Positions 12,560 through 25,700 of a DNA stretch of 64,000 bases are shown here, piece by piece. This DNA is from Glaucostegus cemiculus. Lineage: Eukaryota. The position numbers and the translations under genes were made by a program. How positions within the stretch are numbered: the first letter of the stretch is position 1; every line of letters begins with the position of its first letter. The stretch is taken from assembly GCA_976551045.1 (NCBI GenBank), contig CDPCPM010000005.1:1178001-1242000 (forward strand), given 5' to 3'. The notes under the pieces are model-generated. The model was not told the origin of the DNA. It made no database searches and saw only the letters and a list, made by a program, of their open reading frames with translations.

Positions 12560-14793
12560 CTTGGTGGAAGGCCGCCACTGCCTGGAGCAATGGATCCTGA
12601 AGAACAAGGACTACCTTCATTTTCCTGGCTACTCAGCCCTGTGTGATTCCTTCACACAGGAGTCCCATACAGAGAGACAATTCACATAATGATTCTGTGT
12701 AGACACAGTTCTAGACTAGGTGACAATCCATATTAATAATGCACTTCTTCAATATACAATCAACTAATCACTTTATATGAATGTAAATCTCTCTCTTCCT
12801 CCTGATCCATACACACTGCTCAGTACTAAGCAATGAAGGGACAAATTACCCACTTCATGCAATGATTTGATTCACAATCTATAGGCAGCAGCCTTTTAAA
12901 TAGTGTCTTTGGGAAACAAGACACTTTCCCCTTGTCTCTGGTCCTCTCTGCATGTGTAATTATTGTTCCAACATTTGAGCTCTTTGTAATGCTGGTCAAC
13001 ATAGTTCTCTGGTAAGAACCACAACAGCTGAGAGCATTGTTCAGAGCAATGTATTCTGATTGGCATTCAAAAGTTATGGAGATACTTTAAAAGGTTAATG
13101 TTTCTAGCCACTCAGTGGGGGTGGATGTAAATGCATCAAATTGCTGATTGTAATTGTTAGAAGCACTTTGTTTCACACAATAGTCAGAAAATGACCAGAT
13201 TGATGTGCTGTATGTTTGCCCTGCACAATATATCAGTTAACACTGCTATTTGCTCGTACAAACATGTCCATTTAGTTCCCTATCAAGACAGCAGTCCACA
13301 GCAGAAGGGGCACATTGGAGATTTTATATCCCTGCAAACAACTTCCCTCATATTTTACTGCCTTCACTAAGAGTTCTGCCTCAGAAATGGCTCTGATTAT
13401 CAGAGTGAGTGCAGAACAGCAAGGGAATGAAACATCAGGAATATGGAATTAATCTGGCATTAGGGCTCAGGCAATCGCTGGCAGACCAGCATGTAACCAA
13501 TAGCATGAATAAACAACTCCCACAATGAAGAGAGCAATTGCCACTCAGCTGTAATTGTCAGTGGGAAGGCCTCAGTCAAATGAGGAACAGCTTAGAGCAT
13601 CATCACCTGCATGCATCCTTGTATCAGTCTTTCTAGGTGAGGCAAAGCAAGTATGCCAGCAACTACCACAATACAGACATTCACACCCAACTGATAAAAG
13701 ATGCAACTGCAAAGAAAAAGTGCTTTTTGTTTGTGGTCGCATTTTAACAGAAAATTATAACAAGGCTTTGTGAATTTAAACAAGGAAATAAACAATCAGT
13801 CTTTGTACTAAACATCCGAATGAAATTTGCTTTTTGCAACTTCTCTGTGGGTTCATTATGTTCCAGTGGTGAACAGGTGGCCTTGAAGACCCACAAGCTT
13901 CTGCCCTAGAGGAGCTGCAATCCACTGTCATTCAAGAGAACAGCTGGGCTCACTGGCTGTTGGGCATGAGTGAGCTGCTTGAGAAGTCATCGTGTCAAGT
14001 GATGTGGTGCCTATTTGAGAAGGGGAATCAATGTTCTGAAGAGCCAGGAAACCACCCAGAGTGCTGGGTAGACAGTTGTGTGATCATCTGTTGGCACTTA
14101 AACTGCCCCATTATTGTTTCGGCAACCAGATCCCTAGGTGAGCCAAAATCTGCCTCGCCAAACACGGCTATCTGATCGCTGCTTTCCTCAATCGTCAGAG
14201 ACAACTTGCTGTGCAGCAAGAACAAGAGTCTGGTGGCATGTCGCCAGTTGCCCATCCACTCCACCCAGTGCTTCCTCTTGCTTACCTCTGTTCATCCAAC
14301 TTTCCTTTTGCTTATTCCTTCCTACAAGTGTCCCATATTGCTAATCCTCTTTTGTGAATATCTCCTTTTGCATATCCACTCCCTCCAGTCTCTCCTGTCC
14401 TCCTGCTCCATGCAGTTTACTTCTTCTTAGGAGGGGATTCCACAGGCCAGTGTTGATGCTCTGGGTAGAACTTACAAAATATGCCATCTAGGCTTTCAGG
14501 TTGTCCCGGTACCACAGACATCAGTGAAGTTGTGTATTATTAATTCAGTAGAAATGTCTTAAAGCACCAATGTACAAAAATCTTCTAAGGTATGATTAAA
14601 TTAATAATTATTACTGTCTCGTGATTCTTAAAATAACAGCACAATCTGACCAGAGAAACCACATTCAAATAAGTAGTTATCTGAGCATGACCATTGGTAC
14701 CATCCATGACCCTGGAGCCAGTGGTAACCAGAAACTCAATTGGATCACACATTTAAATACATGGCTTAAAGAGTAGGTCAGGGCCTGGAAATT

Positions 14794-15752
14794 ACGGAGA
14801 CCTACAGAGAGGAGGTGAAACAACTAGCCGTGTGGTGCCATGACAACAACCTCTCCTTGAATGTGGATAAAACCAAGGAGATGATAGTGGATTTTAGGAG
14901 GGGTCACCGTGTGCACGCCCCGCTGACCATCAACGGGTCTGCTGTGGAACAAGTACGCAGCACCAAGTTCCTGAGGGTGCACATCACCGACGACCTGACC
15001 TGGTCCACTAACATTACAGCCCTCACAAAGAAAGCTCAGAAACGCCTCTACTTCCTGCGGAGACTGAGGAAAGCATACCCCCATCCCTCCGTCATGAAAA
15101 CCTTCTATAGGGGGACCATTGAGAGCATCCTAACCCAATGTATCACTGTTTGGTTTGGAAGCTGCTCAGCTGCTGGGCGGAAGTCCCTCCAGAAGATAGT
15201 TAGGGCTGCGGAGTGGATCATAGGTGTCTCGCTTCCATCCCTCGCAGACATATACAAAGACCGTTGTGTGAGGAAGACCAAAAGCATAATGGCCGACCCT
15301 TCTCACCCCTCCCACCACCTCTTCACAATTTTGCCATCAGGGAGGAGGCTTAAATGTATCAGGGCAAGAACGACCAGGCTGAACAATAGCTTCTTTCCGC
15401 AAGCCATCAGAACTGCAAACTCTCTCATCCCTCCATCTTCCTTTGTTAACACTAAGAGATACTAGGTGCACAGAAATGCACCAGCACTTTAAATGCCCGG
15501 CACCAGCCCGTTCACTTTAATAACTATTTATTTATTTACCGGCCATTTTTAATTTAATCTGCATATTAATTTAATTTTAACTTCCGTAGTTTTTAATGTT
15601 TCATGTTTTTTAATGTTTATTCTGTTAAGTGTGTATGTGTGTCTCTGTTGGTCGTTATTTAATGGGACGAGCACCTGAGGAGGATGGTATCTCGCTCCTA
15701 TGCATACTATGTATGTATATGGTTGTGACAATAAAACTGATTCTGATTCTGA
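14794..15752 (+). mobile_element. Young Rex1/Babar element copy 1, 5'-truncated
   Basis: Uninterrupted ORF 14815..15465 (RT C-terminus), (CTGATT)n tail, 40-bp flanking direct repeat. Confidence 0.95.
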
Positions 15753-16102
15753 TAAATACATGGCTTAAAGAGTAGGTCAGGGCCTGGAAATTCTCCAGCA
15801 AGTGACTCACCTTCTGACTTCTCAAACACTTTCCCCATCTACATATTATAAGCTAGGAGCGTGATGGAATACTGTCCACTTTCCTCAATGAATGTAGCTC
15901 CAACAGCACCAGAAAAGCTTGGTGCCATCCAGGACAACACAACTAGTTTAATTGGCACACCATCTATTACTTGTCTTACTCTGGCTGCTGTGCTTAACAT
16001 CGATAAGATGCACTGAGCAATATGCTGAGGCTTTTTCAACTCACCTCTTGTTACAGACTAGGTTACTACTGGTGAATGCCCCTTTAAGATAGAGCATAGT
16101 GA

Positions 16103-16157
<55 letters not shown>

Positions 16158-16174
16158 GCGCGTGCGTGCGTGTG
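16103..16174. repeat. Alternating purine-pyrimidine tract (TG)n(TA)n(CA)n(CG/TG)n inside the LTR
   Basis: Direct reading. Confidence 0.95.
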
Positions 16175-16339
16175 GTGTGGTTATGACAACAGAAGGTAAA
16201 GGACGTAATGACACTTTTGAAGCAGTCAGTTTGGAGTCAGTCAGAGGAGAGGAGGAGAGAGAGAGAGTGAGGGAGACCAGCCTGCTAGTCTCTATCGATG
16301 GATGAAAAACAGTAACTGTGTCTCTCACTACAATCCACA

Positions 16340-16975
16340 TGTAGTATGAAAGGCCAGGGGTCAAATGACAGTGACAACACTACTGACCCCCATTGTAGGA
16401 TGATAGTATTGCCTATCAGGTCGGAGGCTACACCACTATCAATCAAGGGTCCGGCTTCGCCCCACCCTTTAAAGAGTGCACCTGAGGATTGGCTCGTAAC
16501 CCACCTTTGTTCTTGACCCTGAATCATTGGCTTGTTTCACCTGAGTGGGCTCCACCCTGCTACAGCCCTGTAAAAGATAGTACACGTGGGCTGTCTTCCT
16601 CTTTTCCAATTGCTGCTGGGATCGAGACACTGGCGAGAGGGTGCACTTCCATAGGGGTCTAGGAGCGTCCTGAGTAGATTCCCAGTTGTGTAGAGCCGTT
16701 GTTTGTCCTGGTTCAGGGGGGGTCCAGACAACGTATTTGTTAATTCCCTGATTGTTGTAGTAGTTCGTTGTGTGTGAGTGTGTGTACACCTCACCCCTGT
16801 TGCGACTCCCCCCATGTTTCGCGATCACCCTAGTGTGAGTGTGCGAGGGTGCATTTGTTCCTTCGCATTCTGTTCCCGCGTCGGTCTTTATGAATAAAAT
16901 CCTCCTTTAAAGTACAAAGACTGTGTGTCCAGATACCTTAATCTTTAAGGTACCAAAAGAACCTTTCTCATAACA
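16340..16975 (+). mobile_element. Second, nested solo LTR
   Basis: TGTAGTATGAAAGG...CCTTTCTCATAACA termini; AATAAA near 16893; absent from the homologous LTR copy at 1843..2687. Confidence 0.7.
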
Positions 16976-18279
16976 TCCGGTAAGGATTTTTGAAATAATC
17001 TGGTGGGGTCCACTTTGTTGTTGACCTGTAGAAGGAAACAGGTATTTGTGTGGATGGCCACAATTCGAGTGCCTTTCAGAGTGAGGCAGATGCTGTGGAA
17101 GAAAGTGGTGGGGTAGTCACTGCTGAGTAGACACTGAGGTGTCGTTTGGGTTCCAAAGTGGAACATTTGGATTTCATAATTACTATTTTCCTTTACATCT
17201 TATCTTCAGTCAACGGTGGTTGTTGAAGAAGCCTTTGCTCATGTTTCACCTTATGGCTTGCTGATCTGAACTTTAAGAACCATTCCTAGACTTGGAGTTT
17301 GGGAATTTGCCACACATACACTACGTGTTTAGTTTTTGGGGTTAATGTTTAAGATCTAACATTTTTACTTCTAACACTCTAACATTTCTATTTTTATTTT
17401 CCTTATTATCATAAGCAGTTATTAATAAAATAGTTTTTAACACTTATACATGACTCGGTGTGTTTCCTTTGTTGCTGGTTCGTAACATTCTGATCTTTAC
17501 CACCTTGAAGGGCAAAAGCAGTACATGTAGGTGCACTACCATCTCCAATTTCTCGACCAGTCTTGAAATTACGTTGCCAGATCATTCTTTTCCTTCATTA
17601 TTGTTCAAAAGCATGATGCTCCCTGCTCAGTAGCCCTGCGGAGTACTTCCAACCACAAGGATGGAGCAGTTCAAGAAAGTGGCTTATTACGTCTTCCTGT
17701 AAGGCAATTAGGGATGTGTAGTAAAATCTCACCTTGACAGTGATGCCAATGTACCATGAATGAATACAAAACAGCCTCTGTCAGTCTTAAACCATTGCTT
17801 CAGAATAACAAAGCCGTCAGCAAACTGGTGTGTCACCACCGTCCCTGGTGGTGTGCTCATTTTCTTTGTATTCGGCAAACATTCCTTTCCACAGCATTTA
17901 CAAAATAACTGATATTTGTAAAATACACTCTGGCTGTTTCCCAGAAAAGCTATCTAGCCTAATAGGTTACATTAGCTGCGTTTGTCAAATGGTCTCTCTA
18001 ATTAGCTCACTTTTGTGGTTTGGTTTGTGTACACATCATAGGTTGAGTGTGATCAGTGTGACCTGAAGTGTTTAACCTTGCTCAAACACATTAACAGAGC
18101 TGAATGTTTGCTTCCTGTGTTTGTACTTTGGGGCTCAACTCATCCATCCTAAAGCTATATTTATCTGCCATCCTTATTTTGGTTTGTGCTCCGTAATGAA
18201 GAAGTGTTAAAAATAATAGATATATCTGGAGTAAAAGGATGAATTTTTAAAAAGAATATTTAAAAACACTTCATTATAC

Positions 18280-18720
18280 CCCATGCTGCTGTGTGCACAC
18301 TACTGTTTCCCATGCTGTTGACCCCACACTGTCACTCCATGATACTGTTCACATCCCATTATCTCCAGGATGCCACTAGCTAATGTCCTCTACACCCAGT
18401 GTTAGTCATCCATTGTCCACTGCCACTGGCCCCCATTACTCTCTGCCATTACCATTGTCTCCCCTGCACTCTACCCCTGCCTTTGTCTCCTTTGCCACAG
18501 CACAGACCACAGTCCATAACCACTACTCCCGCTGCCACACTCCGCTATTACCACTGTCTCCCATCCATCATTGAACCTCGATCACAGTCTCCCTCGATCC
18601 CCTACATGACTGCCCTAAAGTCAATCCCTCTTTCCCCTCTCCCTTGCCATGCTGAAATCTCTTGTGCCCTGTTTCTGAGACCACCGCACCCTTGCAACAG
18701 TCTCTCAGCTTGTCGGTATT
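18280..18720. repeat. Degenerate C-rich low-complexity tract (ccactg/actgtc-like units)
   Basis: Direct reading; ORFs 18383 and 18399 are compositional artefacts. Confidence 0.6.
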
Positions 18721-19259
18721 CTGGATCCTGATTCTTTAATTTAGCTTTAACTGAAAGCACAGTGTGAACTCAATTTCACAGCAATCCATTCTAAATCCAC
18801 TTTGCAGTCATAGATAATATATCTTAGACCAGTGGCTCAATTTGTCCCTCTTATGCACCCTTTACCTGGGAATAGTTAGACAGTTGAGCAGTGGGAAATG
18901 TAGAGGGTAATGCATGTAATGCTTCGGCTAAGCAATAGTGTGGTTGCAAAATGAGAGTAATCTTACTCTGTGTATAGAAGATTAAGGGATGATGTTCTAG
19001 ACATGTCCAAGATGATGCAGAGTTGATAAGGAAGATGTAGAGAAACTATTCTATCTGGTGAGCGAGTCCAGAGTAACCTTGAACTCTGATGAATGGCCAC
19101 TGACCTGAGATGTTAACCCTTTTGGTTTTCTCATATTAAATATACTTTTCTCATATTAAATATTAAAAATACTGAGAGTTTTGACTACAAACATATCATT
19201 AATACTGAAAGAGGCTGGGGAGCAATTACCATCACCATTACTGGAGAATTGGTATTACA

Positions 19260-20830
19260 CGAACAAATGAGGCTAAAGGCTGATAATTTCCCTGGCCTGT
19301 AGGGCTTGCATTTTAGGGTCCTTAAAGAAAAGGCTACTGAAATAGTGAATGCATTAGCTATAACCTTCCAAAAATCCTTAGGTTTTGGAAAAGTGTTAAG
19401 ATGACACCCCTATTCAGAAGCAGGGATCAGTAAAAATAGGGAACTATAGACTGATTAGTCTAACACCTATTGTTGGAAAAATGTTAGAAATTTTAGAATA
19501 CAGTAATCATGGGAGACTTTAACTCACTTATTAACTGGACAAGTCAACTAAGTGGTAGTAAGCCAGAGGATAATTTAATGGTATTTATACGATAGTATTT
19601 CAGATCAGAATATACTTGGAAGGACAGGGATTAATCAAAGGTAGCCAGCATGGCTTTATCAACGGCAATTTCGTATGACCAATTTGGGAATTTTTTTTAA
19701 AGAGGTAATAGTATGTATTGTTATGGCCAGTGCGATTGGTGTAGTCTATATGTATTTAACTAAGGCCTTTGACAAGTTTCCACATGGGAAATTGGTCCAA
19801 AGATTAGAGCCCATGGGATCCAGGGCAAATTACCAAATTAGATCCCAGTTGGCTTCATAATAGGAGGCAGGGCATGATGATGGAGCATTGTTTTTGTGAC
19901 TGGGAGCCTGTGGCTAGTGGTGTACCACAGCAATTGGTGCTGGCACCCTTACTGTTTATTATATTGATTAACAATGTGGATTTGAATGTAGAGTTAGTAA
20001 ATTCATAGATGACATGAAAATTAGTGGTGGTGTTGATAGGAAGATAATATAAGGCTACAGGATGATATGGATCTGTTGTAAAATGGGCAGAGGAATTTAA
20101 TCCTGGTAAGTGCAAGGTGACAAAGTTTGGGAAGGCTAATAAAGGTAGCAAAACATAATGAATAGTTGGGCCTTGGTGAGGAACAGGAACTTCAGTATAT
20201 AAGTGCATCCTAAAAGTGGCAGCACAGGTAGTTAATGTGATGATAAAAGCATACAGGATACTTGTCTTCATTAGGCAGTGCATAGAATATGAGAGAAGCA
20301 AGGTTAACCCATTTGTTAGGCCACAGCTGGAGTACTGTCTGCACCACATTATGGGAAAGCTGTGATTACACTGGTGAGGGTGAGGCACCACGGATATTGT
20401 CCAGGTTGAAGGATTTAAGTTATAAGGATAGAACGGATAAACTAGATTTGTTTACCTTAGAATGCAAGAAGTTCTTGGGGAAGACCTGATAGAGGTATAT
20501 ATAAATATGAGATGCATACATAAGGTAGAGAGTAGCAAAATTTTCTCCAGAGTGGAGGTGTCATAGATTTAGAGTAAGGGTAAGCAGTTTAGAGAGGATC
20601 TGAGAATAATTCCTTTTCATCCAGAGATTAGCTAGAATTTGGAATGCACTGCCTGAGGGCTGGTGGATATAGAGGTCTCACAACATCTAAACAGTATCTG
20701 AACAAGCATTTGAATTGCCAAGGCATAGAAGGCTATGGACCAAGTGCCAGGCAATAGGATTAGTATAGAAGGGTACTTGATGGTAGGAATGAAAGATGGT
20801 GGGCTAAGGGGCCTATTTTTATGCTGTAAG
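19260..20830 (+). mobile_element. Degraded CR1 LINE (ORF2 RT to 3' end)
   Basis: Fragments YRLISLT, QHGFI, KAFDKFPHGKL, SGVPQ; many stops and frameshifts. Confidence 0.85.
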
Positions 20831-20839
20831 ATGATATTC

Positions 20840-23310
20840 CACCAATATGTTATGGAACCAGCTAGGGAAAAGTCTATTTTAGATCTTGTCTTGTGCAATA
20901 AATACGGGTTAATTAATAACTTTGCTGTAGAGACCTTCAGGGAAGAGTGACTAAAACATGTTAGAATTTTGCATAGAGTTTGAAGTATTGTAGTTCAATC
21001 CAAAACAAGGGTCTTAAATCTAAACAAAGAAAACTGTGGTGGTATGAAAGGAAGTTGGCTGTGGGTGATTAGGAAAATACGTTGAAGAGTATGATGGTGA
21101 ACAGGCAGTAGCTTGCCTTTAAAGAAATAATGTGTAATTTATAAATAAGGTATAATTTATTTACCTTCACAAAAGAAGACACAAAAAACCCTGCCAGAAA
21201 TAACAAAGAACTAACAGTTTAGCAAGAACTGAAACAAGCATGAATAAAAAATATACCCCTTTCTGGCACAAAAATCAAACAAGATTAAGAAAACATGGTG
21301 CATCTGTGATTGATGGGAGAAATTAAAGAAACTATGAAATGAAGAGAAGATTTTTGTTTTATTTTACAGCGTGGTAACAGGCCCTTCCGGCCCAACGAGT
21401 CCGCGCTGCCCATTTTATCAAGATATTGATAAAATTGCTAGAAATACCAGTAGACTTGAGGATTGGAACTCAAAAAAGGAACACCCAGAAAATAATAAAG
21501 GCAAGATAGACTATAAGAGTAAACTGGCAAGAATGGACAGTTAGAACTTGTATAACTAGATGAAAGTGAAAAGTCTAATGAGAGCAAATGTGAGTCCCTT
21601 ACAGACAGAGACAGGAGAATTTATAATGAGGAAATAAGGAAATGGCAGCGGAATTAACAACTACTTTGTATCTATCTTCACAAAAGAAGACACAATAAAA
21701 CCCACCAGAAATAGCAGAGGACTAAGGATCTAGCAAGAAATGAAGTAAATAAGAATGAATAAAAAATGTGCTGAAGAAATTGGTGAGACTACAGCCAATA
21801 AGACTCAAGGATCCAATATTCTATCCCTCAGAGCTTTGAAAATAGCTATGGTGATAATGAATATTCTGGTTATTATCTTAGAAAATTCTATACATTCTTG
21901 AAATTGTAGATTGGAAGGCAACAAATATGACTCAGCTGTTTAAGAAACAATATAGTGCGATAAAGGGGAGCTACTGACCTGTTAACTTAACACCAGTGGT
22001 AGGGAAACTGCTGGAATGTATAAAGTATGATGTAATAATGGGACACCTTGAAAAGAATAATGGGATTGAGCAGAGTCGGCATGGATTTATGGAAGGAAAG
22101 TTATGTTTGGCTAATCTACTTCAAATTTTTGAGGATGTGACTCATAGAATAGATGAGGAAAAACCAGTGGATATGGTGAATTTGGATTTTCAGAAGGCTT
22201 TTGATAAGATCATGGGTTAGAGCACATAGAATTGGGGTTAATATAGTGACGGATTGAGAGTTGGTTATTGGATAGAGAGCACACAATGGGAATAAATGGA
22301 TATTTCTCAGATTGGCAGGCTGTGACTTTTAGGGTACTACAGGTACTGTGCTTGGGTCACCCTATTGACAATCTATATCAACAATTGGCTGGGATGTAAT
22401 ATTTTGAAGTTTACTCATTATACAAAACTATGTGGGATTGTGAAAAAGGAGGAAGATCTAAAGAGATGTCAAAGGGGACCATGGGTGAGCTGGGAAAGTG
22501 GGGAAGCTCATGGCAAATGTTATTTACAGGTCATCCTCATGTAATGGTGCATAAAGCATAAAAATAGAGTTTTTTTAATGGTGAGAGATTGGGTAAGTTG
22601 ATGTTCAGAGGGACCTATGTGTTTTGTACACGTTACTGAAAGCAAAGAAGCAAACACTGCAAGTGATTCGGAGGGCTAATAGTATGTTGGTCTTTTATGA
22701 GGTTTTGGGCGCAGGAGTAAATAGGTCCTTCTGTAATTATATCGAGCCTTGATGAGACTGCACCCGGCAGTACTGTGTACAGTTTTGATCTCCTAATCTA
22801 AAAGAAAGGATATTCTTGTCATATAAGGAGTACAGTGAAGATCCAATAGATTGGTTCCTATGATGGCAGTTTGCCATACGAGGAGGGATTGGGTAGACTA
22901 GGCCTGTACTCCCTATATTTCATAAGGTTGAGAGGAAATCCCATTGAAACCTACAAAATTGTTTTAGGACTTAACATGCGAGGAGGATGTTTCCTCAGAC
23001 TGGGGGATTCGGAACCAGTGGTCACATTCTCAGAATAAGGGGTAGGCCATTTATCACTGAGATGAGAAGAAATTTCTTCATTCAGAGGATGGTGGATGTT
23101 TGGAATCCTTTACCTCAGATCATAGTGGAGGTTCTGCCATTGAGTTCACTCTAAATGGAGATCAGTTGATTTCTAGATATCAAAGGAATCAAGGGAAATG
23201 GGATAATGCAGGAAAATGGCATTGAGATAGAAAATCAACTATTTTCATGTTGAATGGTGGAGCAGGCTTGAAGGGCTAAATTGCCTATCCCTTTACTTAT
23301 TTCTTATATT
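20840..23310 (+). mobile_element. Degraded CR1 LINE (endonuclease end, RT, 3' end)
   Basis: KSILDLVLCN; ORF 21996: VGKLLE...HGFMEGK...LDFQKAFDK; 3' tail cctatccc...tttcttat. Confidence 0.85.
21350..21416 (-). mobile_element. V-SINE 3' end fragment inserted in CR1
   Basis: Reverse complement of the 3' end of the SINE at 38309..38530. Confidence 0.8.
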
Positions 23311-23922
23311 TTTAACTTCAAAGAAATCTTAACATGAACAATAACTTTTTGTTTTACTAATTGTGTGCTGGTAAAAGAATGCATGATTACCCTCATCCCA
23401 ATTTTACCTCCCTAGAATCAGGAAATCATGGTGATTCTGTTATCAATGTTGGTTTGTTTTCATGGTAACCAGTGTGCCCTTTACGCATTCCATCTTATTA
23501 TTGTTCAAGTTTATAATGAGATAAAGCATTGGGTGATTGTTATCCTCCTGTCTGAATCAAGGTTAAGCCAGTTAGTACCAATTAGTGACATATTTGTCAG
23601 GAGATATAATCTTGTATAATATATAAACTTGAAAGCTATTCCCCATCATTGTCTTGCTTATAGAAAAGGAGTACAGACGTCAATTCCCTTTCTTCCCCTT
23701 GGTCTTGTAAATGTCTCCTCTTAAGATACAAATCCAATTTTATTTTGAAAATTATTATTGTATTTACTTTCACTACACCTTCAGGCAGTTAAATTTTAGA
23801 TTGTATCTATTTACTATATATAAAGAATATCTCCTCATCATACCTCGGCTTCCATTTGACCATTTCCCTAAAACCACCAGTTTGATGAACCATTAAATGC
23901 CAGGGCTTCATTAAGAATAGAA

Positions 23923-24461
23923 CATAGAACACTACAGCACAGTACAGGCCCTTCAGCCCACAATGTTGTGCTGACATTTTATCCTGCTCTGAGATCTATC
24001 TAACCCTTCCCTCCCACAAGCCCCCTATTTTCCTATCATTCATGTGTCTAAGAGTCTCTTAAATGTCCCTAATGTATCTCCCCCCACAACCTCTGCCGTC
24101 AGTGCATTCCACGTACCCACCACTCTCTGTATAAAAAACAACTTACCCCGACATCCCCCTTATACCTTCCTCCAATTACCTTAAAATTATGTACCCTCGT
24201 GTTAGCCATTGTCACACTGGGAAAAAGTCTCTGACTGTCTGCTCGATCTGTGCCTCTTATCATCTTGTACACCTCTATCAAGTCGCGTCTCATCCTCCTT
24301 CTCTCAAAAGAGAAAAGCCCTAGCTCGCTCATCCTATCCTCATAAGGCATGCTCTCCAATCCAGGCAACATCCTGGTAAATCTCCTCTGCATCCTCTCTA
24401 AAGCTTCCACATCCTTTTTATAATGAGGTGACCAGAAATGAACACAAACTGACCAGAACTG
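23923..24461 (-). mobile_element. CR1 3' fragment with TSD ATAGAA
   Basis: ORF 24099..24410 (ALERMQRRFTRMLPGL...DLIEVYK); ttctatg-type tail; empty site visible in the paralogous segment near 26240. Confidence 0.9.
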
Positions 24462-25134
24462 ATAGAAATAATCTAGTGGAAGAAGAACCTAAAATATTTG
24501 AAAAAGGAAATGTTTATAAAGGATATGGGGAAAATACAGTGAAAGGAGACGAATTGATAGTCTTGCTTGCAGATATGTGAGCACTTCCCAGAATAGCATG
24601 GTGTGTGTTTTTCCTCTTGCTGTATATGAAATGATTAGCTCAGATTAGCTATACTACTTTTTTGCACTTGAGAACTGATCAAGATTGGAAGCTTTCCACG
24701 TGGGGAATTTTGGCAGTCAGCCATCATCCATTTGACTTATAATTTATAAGACTTATTGAAAAGCCTCAGTGCTTAGTTAGTCATAACAACTGTTGTTGGC
24801 CATAAGTAAAGATTTATGAGTTGCAAATCTAAATTAACAAGTTATTAGCAGCTGAGTGGAGGTCAACATTGTGCTTTTGATTTTTGCCATACATGAATCA
24901 CTTGTATAATTCCGGCAAAGTGGTTTACCTTTTGGTAGTTAGTATGCTGCCTGATGCTCCAGTGTAGAACTATGAAGTTCCTGTACTCATGATATACAAT
25001 AACTATCCAGAGCCGCAATTTGATTACTGTCCATAATATTAAACTGCATCCTTTCTGCATACTGAAACTTCATTCAAGTGCACAGGGTTGTATTCAAATA
25101 ACGAATGTAGTGCTGAACTTTAAAGTGCCCTCAT

Positions 25135-25700
25135 ATAATCATAGAATCATAGAATGAAACAGCGTAGAAGGAGGTCATTCAGTCCACTTTGCCTGCCTGA
25201 AAAGAGCATTTCTATTAATCCCACTCCCCTATTGTTTACCATAGCTCTGCAAAATTTTCCATTTCAAGTTTTATTCAATTCCCTTTGAAAGTTACTATTG
25301 ATTTTGGTTCCAGTGCCCTTTCAGGCTGTGTGCTTCAGAGCCTCACAACTTGCTGCATAAAAAATTCACCTCACCTTTTCTTCTGTCAATCACCTTAAAT
25401 CTGTGACCTCTCATAACTAGAAATCTGCCACTGGTAATGGTTCACTTATTCTATCAGTGCCCTTTAAGATGTTGAACACTATTATTAAGTCTCCCTTTAA
25501 TCTTGTTTCTCCAGTCTCTTTGTGTAATTGAAATCCCCATTCCCTGATATTATTCTCATAAATTTCTGTTGTATCCACACCTAGGTCTTGATATGCTTCA
25601 TAAGGTGTGATGGCAAGAATGGGACACAATACTCCCGCTGGGACAAAATATGGATTTTTAAATGTTTAACATAACTAACTTTTCATTTTGGTAACATAGC
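25135..25700 (-). mobile_element. Degraded CR1 3' fragment
   Basis: (atcataga)n tail; RLKGDLIIVFNILKG in ORF 25417..25629. Confidence 0.75.

Larger units (their letters stand above)
16049..17487 (+). mobile_element. Solo LTR (same family as 1843..2687) with a nested insert
   Basis: TGTTAC...GTAACA termini; near-TSD CTCT/TTCT; AATAAA near 17424. Confidence 0.8.
14660..17770 (+). mobile_element. Old LINE remnant hosting nested insertions
   Basis: Collinear degraded LINE pieces on both sides of the Rex and LTR inserts; same family as 33250-34070 (-) and 41300-42150. Confidence 0.6.

Noticed and set aside
23416-23451. Possible 36-nt exon (ccctag|...ttg|gtttgt)
   Set aside because: Frame ambiguous, donor weak, and not required by the exon chain; cannot be supported without RNA data.
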